This document shows, in pieces, positions 19,108-28,105 of a stretch of DNA of 64,000 nucleotides (positions are counted from its first letter, which is position 1; each line of letters begins with the position of its first letter). This DNA comes from an uncultured delta proteobacterium (GTDB lineage: Bacteria; Myxococcota_A; UBA9160; SMWR01). A program made the position numbers and the translations under genes. The stretch covers positions 864,001-928,000 of the forward strand of contig CAWHTE010000011.1 in NCBI GenBank assembly GCA_963832165.1, written 5' to 3'. A model generated the notes under the pieces. That model did not search any database. It saw only the letters and a program-made list of their open reading frames with translations, and was not told the origin of the DNA.

Positions 19108-20088
19108 GTGCCGATGGTTGGAGGCGTGACGGGCAAGCTCTCGGTCGTGATCCCGGTCTGCAACGAGGAGAAGAACCTCCTCCCGCTGTTCGAGGAGCTG
19201 TCCGCGTCGCTGATCGGTCTGTCCGAGCCGTTCGAGATCCTGTTCGTGGACGACGGCAGCAGTGACCGCAGTCCCGAGATCCTCGCCCACCTCGCGGCCA
19301 AGGAAGAGGCGATCAAGGTGATCCGCTTCCGCCGCAACTTCGGTCAGACCGCTGCGGTGGCAGCCGGCATCGAGCACGCGACGGGCGACGTGATCGTGGT
19401 GCTCGACAGCGACGGCCAGAACGATCCCGCCGATATTCCGCGCCTGCTCGACGCGCTCGCGAAGGGCTACGACGTGGTGTCGGGTTGGCGCCAGGAGCGC
19501 CAGGACGGGTGGCGTCGCGTGTGGTTGTCGAAGGTTGCCAACGCGCTGATCTCGCGCGTGACCGGCGTGCGGCTGCGCGACTACGGCTGCTCGCTCAAGG
19601 CCTATCGGCGCGACGTGATCGGCTCGGTGCGCTTGTACGGCGAGATGCACCGCTTCATCCCGATCTACGCCACCTGGATGGGCGCGCGCGTCGTCGAGAT
19701 CCCCGTGAATCACCGACCGCGCGAGCACGGGGATTCGCACTACGGCTTCGACCGGATCGTGAAGGTCTTCCTCGACCTGCTCGTGGTGCAGTTCCTGGCA
19801 CGCTACGAGACGCGACCGATGTACGTATTCGGCGGATTCGGCCTCGTGAGCTGGGGCATCTCGCTGCTCTCTGCCGTGTTCGCGTTCTATCGCAAGTTCT
19901 TCGATGCGACGTCGTTCATCCAGACGCCGCTCCCGCTGTTGTCGGTGATGGCGTTCATCACGGGTGTGCTCTCGATGCTGATGGGACTGCTCGCCGAGCT
20001 GCTCGTGCGCACCTATTACGAATCGCAGTCGAAGCGCCCGTACTCGATCAAACACGCGCTCAATCTGAAGCTCGACACGCAGGATTGA
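19108..20088 (+). CDS. Glycosyltransferase family 2 (ArnC/DPM-synthase-like) with two C-terminal TM helices
   Basis: SVVIPVCNEE, VDDGSSD, RNFGQTAA, LDSDGQNDP, HRFIP; exact start uncertain. Confidence 0.92.
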   Translation: MPMVGGVTGKLSVVIPVCNEEKNLLPLFEELSASLIGLSEPFEILFVDDGSSDRSPEILAHLAAKEEAIKVIRFRRNFGQTAAVAAGIEHATGDVIVVLDSDGQNDPADIPRLLDALAKGYDVVSGWRQERQDGWRRVWLSKVANALISRVTGVRLRDYGCSLKAYRRDVIGSVRLYGEMHRFIPIYATWMGARVVEIPVNHRPREHGDSHYGFDRIVKVFLDLLVVQFLARYETRPMYVFGGFGLVSWGISLLSAVFAFYRKFFDATSFIQTPLPLLSVMAFITGVLSMLMGLLAELLVRTYYESQSKRPYSIKHALNLKLDTQD

Positions 20089-20120
20089 GAGTCCGCGCGC
20101 GTCGGGTAGCCTCCGGCGCC

Positions 20121-20687
20121 ATGTCCCCGCGGCGGGTGGGAATCCGGATCGGGCTCGCGGCGTGCACTGCAGTGCTCGCGGCGCTCGCGTGCGGCGACCC
20201 CGCACCCGAGCCGGCTCCCGAGCCCGCCCCGGAGGAGGCACCCGCGAAGCCGCCCGAGCCGGCTACGCCGGCCCCGGCGCCTCCACCCGAAGCCGCTCCC
20301 GCGCCGGACCCGGCTCCGAAAACGCCGCCTGCACCGGCTCCGGCCCCCGTGGTCGAGGAGCCGGAACCCTCGACGCTGCCCCCGGAGGCCACGATCTCGC
20401 TCGAGGAGCTCGGGGCCAGGATCAAGGCGACTCCCGCGATCGGCACGTTCTCCAAGCTCGCGCTGAAGAACGACATCGATGATCTCGTCAATTCGCTGCG
20501 GGACTACCACCAACACAAGAAGGGCGATCTCGACGATCTGCACGAGCGCTACGAGGCGCTCGTGCTCAAGCTCATGACATTGCTCGAGGAGGACGAGCCA
20601 GCGCTCGCGCTCGCGCTCAGCCGCTCACGCAAGGACATCTGGAGTCGGCTGGTCAACCCGATCGAGTTCGCCAAGCTGCCGACATGA
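20121..20687 (+). CDS. Hypothetical lipoprotein with Pro/Ala/Glu-rich linker
   Basis: LAALAC lipobox, PAPE repeats, helical C-terminal domain (T.AIG.FSKLALKN). Confidence 0.7.
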   Translation: MSPRRVGIRIGLAACTAVLAALACGDPAPEPAPEPAPEEAPAKPPEPATPAPAPPPEAAPAPDPAPKTPPAPAPAPVVEEPEPSTLPPEATISLEELGARIKATPAIGTFSKLALKNDIDDLVNSLRDYHQHKKGDLDDLHERYEALVLKLMTLLEEDEPALALALSRSRKDIWSRLVNPIEFAKLPT

Positions 20688-20935
20688 GGATGAAGACCAT
20701 GCGCCCGATCCGAATCTTCTGCGCGCTCTCTCTGGTCGCGCTGGCCGCGCACGCGGAGCCCGTCGCGGTTCCCGAGGATCTGCTCGCGGTGTTGACGCTG
20801 CGCGGGAAGCCGTGCGGGACGATCGCCTCGCACGAACGGAAGGGCGCGTCCGACTACCTCGTGACGTGCTCCGATGGCCACCGCTACCGCATCTTCATCG
20901 GCCCCGGCGATCGAGTCGTCATCGAAGAGAAGTAG
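20684..20935 (+). CDS. Small secreted protein with a cysteine pair
   Basis: Signal peptide ending AHA; LRGKPCG...YLVTCSDG; ATGA overlap with upstream gene. Confidence 0.65.
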   Translation: MRMKTMRPIRIFCALSLVALAAHAEPVAVPEDLLAVLTLRGKPCGTIASHERKGASDYLVTCSDGHRYRIFIGPGDRVVIEEK

Positions 20936-20964
20936 TAGGGCTGGGCGGCTCATCGTTTCGTGCG

Positions 20965-21156
20965 GCTGGGGTGGTTGGCTTGCTGCGGCTCATGGCTCGC
21001 CGGCCTGGGGGCGACGTTCTCTCTCGCCCGAAGGGTCCGAAGCCAGCGATGGCTTCAGGCTTTCAGGTTGCCGGTCCAACCCAAGTTGCCACGAGCCGTG
21101 CGACGGCCTGTGGCCGGCTCCGCTTTACTTCGCCGCAGCAAGCCAACCACCCCGGC
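20965..21156. repeat. ~190-bp fold-back element with 22-bp perfect terminal inverted repeats (REPIN/MITE-like or structured RNA)
   Basis: GGGGTGGTTGGCTTGCTGCGGC (20968-20989) is the exact reverse complement of 21132-21153; several internal hairpins. Confidence 0.75.
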
Positions 21157-21207
21157 ACTCGAACTCGAACTCGTACGCCCTGAAAACGTGAACCTCTCCA
21201 CGCGCTA

Positions 21208-21349
21208 GGCCGGGCGCTTGAATTCGCCGCCGGAGGCGTTGGTGATCCTGGAGCATATGCGTCTCCGAGTCGGCAACCGTTGTGCTCCGGTGCACCGTCG
21301 TGCACGCCAACGGAGCCACAACGCCGACGCGGCGAATCAACGCCCGGCC
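21208..21349. other. ~140-bp three-way-junction fold-back element
   Basis: 21208-21230 pairs with 21329-21349; inner helices 21231-21238/21260-21267 and 21269-21295/21300-21328. Confidence 0.65.
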
Positions 21350-21373
21350 CCAGGCAAGACCACCGCGGAATGG

Positions 21374-22171
21374 TTAGGGGACCGGGCCGACGAACCCGAG
21401 GCGCTTCTGGAAGCGCTGCATGCCGACGAGCCAGCGGTCGTAGTCGTCGGCCTTGCGCCGCACGTAGGTCAGCACCTCGGCGTGCGGCAGGATCAGGAAC
21501 GACTCGCGCGCGAGGCCATCGATCACCGCCGCGGCGCAGTCTTCGGGCTCGATCATGCCGTCCGCACGCGCCGCGCCGACGCCCACGTCGCCCACGGCGG
21601 AGCCCGCGTCGGTCATCGCCGTGCGCACCGCCTGCGGACACAGCACCGAGACGCCGATTCCGCGATCGCCGTAGGTGATCGCGAGCCACTCCGCGAGCGC
21701 CACCGCTGCGTGCTTGGTGACGCCGTAGGGTGCGGAGCCGATCTGGTTCAGCAGCCCCGCCGCGGACGCCGTGTTCAGCAGATAGCCCGCGCCGCGCTCG
21801 AGCATCGACGGCAGCACCGCGCGCGCCGCGTACACGTGCGCCATCACGTTGATCTTCCAGATCCGCTCCCAGTCGGCGTCGATCACCTCGACGCCGCCCG
21901 AGATCGCGATGCCCGCGTTGGAGCAGAACAGATCGATCGGGCCCCAGGCGTCCTCGGCGCGCTTCACGAGTGCGCGCACCGCGGCCTCGTCGGCGACGTT
22001 GGTGGGAACGGCTGTGCCCTTCACCTCTGCGGCCACCGCCTCGCAGCCCGCGGCATCGAGGTCGGCCACCACCACGCCGCGCGCGCCCTCGGCCGCGAAG
22101 CGGCGGGCGAGCGCGCGCCCGATCCCCGATGCGCCGCCGGTCACCACCACGTGCTTGCCCTCGATCCGCAT
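21374..22171 (-). CDS. SDR family oxidoreductase
   Basis: [21 protein letters not shown] before ATG 22171. Confidence 0.92.
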   Translation of the reverse strand: MRIEGKHVVVTGGASGIGRALARRFAAEGARGVVVADLDAAGCEAVAAEVKGTAVPTNVADEAAVRALVKRAEDAWGPIDLFCSNAGIAISGGVEVIDADWERIWKINVMAHVYAARAVLPSMLERGAGYLLNTASAAGLLNQIGSAPYGVTKHAAVALAEWLAITYGDRGIGVSVLCPQAVRTAMTDAGSAVGDVGVGAARADGMIEPEDCAAAVIDGLARESFLILPHAEVLTYVRRKADDYDRWLVGMQRFQKRLGFVGPVP

Positions 22172-22314
22172 CGCGCCTCCCGAGATGTATGGATGCATCG
22201 TGGCACACTCCGCGCGGCTGCGTTCGCGGAACAGACTGCATCAAGAATGGGAGCGTGCGGGACGAAGAGCGAATCTGGCGTTCGCCATTCGAGGCATCAC
22301 CAGGGGTCCTGAAC

Positions 22315-23802
22315 GTGCGCAAGGAGCGGCCGCGCCGGGGCCTGCAGCTCGAGCTGCTGGTTCAAATGGCCATCGTGATGGCGACCGCGACCGGGGTCCT
22401 GGTATTTCTCGGGCTGCGCCTCCAGGAGGCGCGGCTCGACCAGACGTGGCCTCTTGCCGCACAGGCATTGGCGCGGTTTGCCTCGGAGTACCCGGAACTT
22501 CCGCCCGGACCGGCAGGCGCTCACTGGTGGCGGATGGACGGACAGGGGATCGCTCGACCGCTCGGCGACGCACCTCCGATCGACGACGAAACGCGAGCGC
22601 TCGCGGAGGCGGCCGGAGCGCGCGGAGAGATGCTCCTGGCGAGAGGCTGGCCCTGGGAGCCCATGCGATTTGCCATGCCCGATTCTCGCGGCATCGCCGC
22701 GATGCGGCTTCCCGCGACGGCGCCGCCCGCGATGCTGGTGGGGCTCGTGCTCGGCGCGATCGCGATCTTCACCGCGTTCGGAGCGATCGTGTTGCGAAGC
22801 ACCGTGGTGCGCCCGCTGGAGCGACTCTCGCAGGCCACGCGCGCGGTCGCTGCGGGCGACCTGGAGGTTCGGATTCCCGAGGAGGGCGTGGCCGAAACGG
22901 CCGGCATGGCGCGCGCTTTCAATGAGATGACCGAGGCGCTTGCCGAGCGCACGCAGGCGCTCGAGAAGGCGATCGCGGACCTGCGCGAGAGCAGCCGGAA
23001 CCTGCGTACCGCGCGCCAGGGGCTCGAGCGGGCGGAACGCCTCGCGGCGGTGGGAAGCCTGGCGGCCGGGGTGGCGCACGAAGTGGGCAATCCGACCGGC
23101 GCACTGCTGGCGTTCCTCGACCTGGTGGGGCGCGACGCGGGTCTTTCCGATGCGAGTCGCTCCCACCTCGCGAAGGCGCGCACGCAGGTCGAGAGGGTGC
23201 GCTCGATCCTGCGCGACCTGCTCGGCTTCGCCCGGCCCGCACGCGGCGAGTGCGTGCCGGTCGACCTCGTGCTGGTGGCCGAAGAAGTTCTCGAGCTCGT
23301 GCGCACGCAGCGGCGCTATGCGGGAGTCGGATTCCGTCTCATTGTCGAAGGCGAGATCCCGCCCGCGCTCGCCGACCGGGCCGCAGTCGCACAGATGCTG
23401 CTCAACCTGGTGGTCAACGCCGGCGACGCGGTGCGACCCGACGGAGGCGACGTGCGCGTGTGCCTGGCACCGACCGCGCTCGAGCGCCGCGCGAGCGATG
23501 CCCCGGGCTTCGCAGCGGGCCGCTCTCGGATCGACGCCGTCGAGCTGCGCGTCGAGGATGATGGACCGGGCGTGCCCGCGGCCGACCGTGAGAGGATCTT
23601 CGACGCCTTCTTCACCACCAAGGATCCAGGCGAGGGTACCGGCCTCGGGCTCGCGAACGCGTTGCGCTGTGCGGACCAACTGGGTGGCCGACTCGACCTC
23701 GCTCTGGACCGACCCGGCACGGGCGCAGTCTTCGTGGTGACCCTCCCGGCGGCGCCAGTTTCGGGCGGGTGCCCGAAAGCGAGCGAAGTCCGAAGCGGCT
23801 GA
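22315..23802 (+). CDS. HAMP-domain sensor histidine kinase (NtrB/PilS-like)
   Basis: Two TM helices, HAMP, AGVAHEVGNP H-box, NLVVNA, DDGPG, FFTTK, GTGLGL; start approximate. Confidence 0.92.
   Translation: MRKERPRRGLQLELLVQMAIVMATATGVLVFLGLRLQEARLDQTWPLAAQALARFASEYPELPPGPAGAHWWRMDGQGIARPLGDAPPIDDETRALAEAAGARGEMLLARGWPWEPMRFAMPDSRGIAAMRLPATAPPAMLVGLVLGAIAIFTAFGAIVLRSTVVRPLERLSQATRAVAAGDLEVRIPEEGVAETAGMARAFNEMTEALAERTQALEKAIADLRESSRNLRTARQGLERAERLAAVGSLAAGVAHEVGNPTGALLAFLDLVGRDAGLSDASRSHLAKARTQVERVRSILRDLLGFARPARGECVPVDLVLVAEEVLELVRTQRRYAGVGFRLIVEGEIPPALADRAAVAQMLLNLVVNAGDAVRPDGGDVRVCLAPTALERRASDAPGFAAGRSRIDAVELRVEDDGPGVPAADRERIFDAFFTTKDPGEGTGLGLANALRCADQLGGRLDLALDRPGTGAVFVVTLPAAPVSGGCPKASEVRSG
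23773..23791 (+). repeat. Partial copy (17/19 match) of the 49-bp repeat, inside the kinase 3' end
   Basis: CCGAAAGCGAGCGAAGTCC vs CCGAAGGCGAGCGAAGACC (reverse complement of repeat); encodes PKASEV. Confidence 0.55.
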
Positions 23803-23855
23803 TTGCCGAAGCCCTGGCGCTCACGCGTCCCCGCCGCCTTTCCGATACGCGCAAA

Positions 23856-25211
<1,356 letters not shown>

Positions 25212-25340
25212 GCATGCGAACGTCACTACGCACGCAGCTGCGTAGCGCGAACGAAATTGCGGACCGCAGCGGACCGGATCGATGTGCAGCTCGCCCGCCA
25301 ACTCCGCGCGAACGCGGCGTTCGGATTCTCGGTCCTCGAC

Positions 25341-25356
25341 TGGTACGGAGCTTGCT
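25341..25356 (+). promoter_or_regulatory. Sigma54 -24/-12 promoter upstream of pilin cluster
   Basis: TGGTACG-GAGC-TTGCT vs consensus TGGCACG-N4-TTGCW; 74 bp before ATG 25431; directly downstream of a sigma54 activator gene. Confidence 0.75.
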
Positions 25357-25430
25357 CTGTGACCCGGGCGGTGACCCCGATGGAGTCAAGGTTCCAGCTG
25401 CGATTGTCGATGAAAAAGCCCAGAGATCCC

Positions 25431-26144
25431 ATGGCGAACTGCGTTCATAGCTCGATCGTTCGCGCGCGGACGCGCGAGCGCGGCGCCACGCTCACAGAAC
25501 TCGCCACCGTCCTCGCGGTCGCTGGCGTGCTCATCATGATGGCGGTGCCCAACACGCTGCGCTGGCAGCGCGACCAGCGGGTCAAGGGCGCGGCGCACGA
25601 CGTGGCCGACCTGCTCGTGCTCGCGCGCTCCGAATCGACGCGCACGGGCAATCGCCACGTGGTGATCTACGGCCCGCCCGGAACCCAGGATCCGGCCGGC
25701 ACCGCGATCACGGGTCCGAACGGCACGGTGCCGTTTCTCGTGCTGAACGACGGCGCGGCCGCGACTGCCAACTGCCAGATCGACGCGGGCGAGGCGAAGA
25801 GCGTTGTCGACCCCGTGCGCGACGTGCGCTGGGGCGTTGCGCTCGCGACCGTGCGCGCACCCGGCGACACGGGCGCCGCCGCGTTCTCGCCGCCGCAGAC
25901 GAGTGGCGGCACGACCGCCACGCCCGCGAACGGCGCGGTGCCGTGGTTCCTGTTCCGGCCCGACGGCGTCCCCGTGCGCTTCACGGGAGCGCTCGGCAGC
26001 TGCGGGGCGATCGGCGCCACCGCGCTCGGCGGCGCCGCGTTCTACCTCACGAACGGCACGCGCGACTACGCGGTCGTGATGACGCCGCTCGGCGGCGTGC
26101 GCGTGCACGTCTGGGATCAGATGGCGGGGGCGTGGAAGTCATGA
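25431..26144 (+). CDS. fimT: FimT/FimU/GspH-like minor pilin
   Basis: Prepilin-like RERG|ATLTELATVLAVAGVL; ARSES motif; first gene of cluster. Confidence 0.78.
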   Translation: MANCVHSSIVRARTRERGATLTELATVLAVAGVLIMMAVPNTLRWQRDQRVKGAAHDVADLLVLARSESTRTGNRHVVIYGPPGTQDPAGTAITGPNGTVPFLVLNDGAAATANCQIDAGEAKSVVDPVRDVRWGVALATVRAPGDTGAAAFSPPQTSGGTTATPANGAVPWFLFRPDGVPVRFTGALGSCGAIGATALGGAAFYLTNGTRDYAVVMTPLGGVRVHVWDQMAGAWKS

Positions 26145-26566
26145 TGCGGCGCAATCGCTCGAGCTCCGGGTTCACGCTGATCGAGATCATGATGGCGCTC
26201 TCGCTGCTCGGGATCGGGCTGCTCTCGCTCGCCGCGATGCAGCTCACCGCGATGCAGTACGGCGCCCGTGGGCGGCACCTGACCAAGGCGGCTGCGATCG
26301 CCGAGGTCCAGATGGAGACGCTGATGCGCCAGCGCTGGACGGACCTCGCGCCGACGGGTGGCTGGACCGGCCCCGTCACGGTGAACGAGGTGGTCCAGGG
26401 ACCGGCCAACTCGACCGAGCAGGCCTACAGCGTGTCCTGGCAGATCGCCAACGTCGACGTGGGCCGCACGCGCAGCATCGACGTGCGCGTGCAGTGGGAC
26501 GAGCGCAACCGCGCCGGCCGCCAGTACGGCGTTTCGAGCATGCGATTCAATCATGAAGGGTTGTAA
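26141..26566 (+). CDS. pilV: Type IV pilus modification protein PilV-like
   Basis: SSG|FTLIEIMMALSLLGIGLLSLAAMQ. Confidence 0.85.
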   Translation: MMRRNRSSSGFTLIEIMMALSLLGIGLLSLAAMQLTAMQYGARGRHLTKAAAIAEVQMETLMRQRWTDLAPTGGWTGPVTVNEVVQGPANSTEQAYSVSWQIANVDVGRTRSIDVRVQWDERNRAGRQYGVSSMRFNHEGL

Positions 26567-27554
26567 CCCGGTGCGCAGAGCCGGCTTCACGTTGATCGAG
26601 ATGCTCACGGTGGTCGCGATCTTCGGCCTCGTCGCGGTCTACGTCGGCCGCATCCTCATGGTGAACGAGCGCGCCTACCACACCGTGGAAGAGACGAGCG
26701 AGTCGCAGCAGAACCTGCGCGTGTTCGGCGAGCTCGTGGAGGACCAGATCCGGCACGCGGGCATGATGGTGTCGCGCAACGGGGCCGTGTGCGGTCGCGA
26801 CTTCACGAACGCGCCGGACGTGCTCTACGTGAGCGACGCGGCCGCGATCGACCCGCAGGACGACTTCGCCGTCTACCCTGGCCCGACGATCACCGGCGGC
26901 GTCACCAACCTGAACGTCGGCTCCTCGCAGACACTCACGCTCAGCTCGCTGATCGTCGAGCCGTCGCCGCCGAGCCGGCCCGCCTACGACACGGACGTCA
27001 ACGGCGCCGCCGACAGCGACTTCCGCGTGAACGGCGGCGTGATCGTGTTCGACAGCGCGAACCCCGGACGCGGCAACGCGTGCGGGCGCGTCACGGCGGT
27101 GAACGTCGGGGCCAGCCAGATCACCGTTCTCGGAGCGGCCGCGATGGCCGCCGGCGCCGGCACCATGCTCGTGGCTGTGCCCGCCAACGAGTACCAGGTG
27201 GTCGGCACGCAGCTGCGCTGGAACAACGTCGCACTCGCGGACGGCATCGAGGACTTCCAGATCGCCTACGTCTTCGACCAGGACGGCGACAACGTGATCG
27301 ACGGCAACACCGACCTGCGCAGCTTCGGCGGCGCGGGCACCACGAACTACACGTCGTCGGAGCTCCAGCCGAACATGATGCGCGAGATCCAGGTCGGCAT
27401 CGTGTCCCGCGCGCGCTTGGCCGATGCCACCTTCTCGGGCCGGCCCCAGGCGCTGCTCAACCGCGCCGCCGTCACGGCGGCGGACGGCTTCCGGCGCCGC
27501 ACGTTCGAGACGCGCGTGCTGCTGCGCAACCTCGCCACGAGGATCGACTCATGA
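26553..27554 (+). CDS. pilW: PilW-like minor pilin
   Basis: RAG|FTLIEML; DQIRHAG; LADGIEDFQIAY; terminal LLRN; alternative start GTG 26571. Confidence 0.85.
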   Translation: MKGCNPVRRAGFTLIEMLTVVAIFGLVAVYVGRILMVNERAYHTVEETSESQQNLRVFGELVEDQIRHAGMMVSRNGAVCGRDFTNAPDVLYVSDAAAIDPQDDFAVYPGPTITGGVTNLNVGSSQTLTLSSLIVEPSPPSRPAYDTDVNGAADSDFRVNGGVIVFDSANPGRGNACGRVTAVNVGASQITVLGAAAMAAGAGTMLVAVPANEYQVVGTQLRWNNVALADGIEDFQIAYVFDQDGDNVIDGNTDLRSFGGAGTTNYTSSELQPNMMREIQVGIVSRARLADATFSGRPQALLNRAAVTAADGFRRRTFETRVLLRNLATRIDS

Positions 27555-28042
27555 TGACCTTCCGCTCGCATGATTCGCGTTCCGCGCCGCGGCGCGAAGC
27601 GGGCATCGCGCTGCTCGCGTCCGTGCTGCTTCTCTTGATGCTGGCATCGATCGGGATCGCGGCGCTCAACGTGGTCGAGCGCGACCAACAGGTTGCGGGC
27701 TATCTCAACCGCAAGGCGATGGCGCTGCACGCAGCCGACGCTGCGATTGCGCGCGCGCTCGGGACAATGGACGCGACCGGCACGCCGAGCGTGCCCAACA
27801 CGTCGATGGGCGACGCGTCGCTCTATCCGGGTGGTCAGCCGTCGTATCGCACCGACACGACGGCTGCCGATCCGATCAAGAAGGCGGGCATCGGAGCGCT
27901 CGGCGGCCACACGCTCAACATCGGGGCAGGCGGCGGGGCGCAGTTCCAGGTGCAGTACTGGAAGATCCGCGTGCAGGGCGAGGCGCCCGGCGGCTCGATC
28001 GCGCGCGTCGAGGTGCTGACCGGATCGCTGCTCGCACCCTAG
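27551..28042 (+). CDS. pilX: PilX-like minor pilin
   Basis: REAG|IALLASVLLLLML lacking Glu5 (PilX hallmark); ALHAADAA. Confidence 0.8.
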   Translation: MMTFRSHDSRSAPRREAGIALLASVLLLLMLASIGIAALNVVERDQQVAGYLNRKAMALHAADAAIARALGTMDATGTPSVPNTSMGDASLYPGGQPSYRTDTTAADPIKKAGIGALGGHTLNIGAGGGAQFQVQYWKIRVQGEAPGGSIARVEVLTGSLLAP

Positions 28043-28105
28043 CACGCGTCCAATCCAAGACACGAGAAAACCCGTTTCGGGAGGGGCCTCGAAAGGGGAG
28101 AAGAC

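Noticed and set aside
20195..20390. Tandem CCCGAGCCGGCT-like repeats
   Set aside because: Low-complexity Pro/Ala/Glu linker of a lipoprotein.
21208..21349. 6S RNA or SRP RNA call
   Set aside because: No symmetric central bubble and no SRP helix-8 CAGG/GNRA/AGCA motif recognised; left unclassified pending an Rfam search.
22201..22216. TGGCAC as a sigma54 promoter for the kinase
   Set aside because: The -12 element lacks TTGC (reads GCGC); too weak to call.
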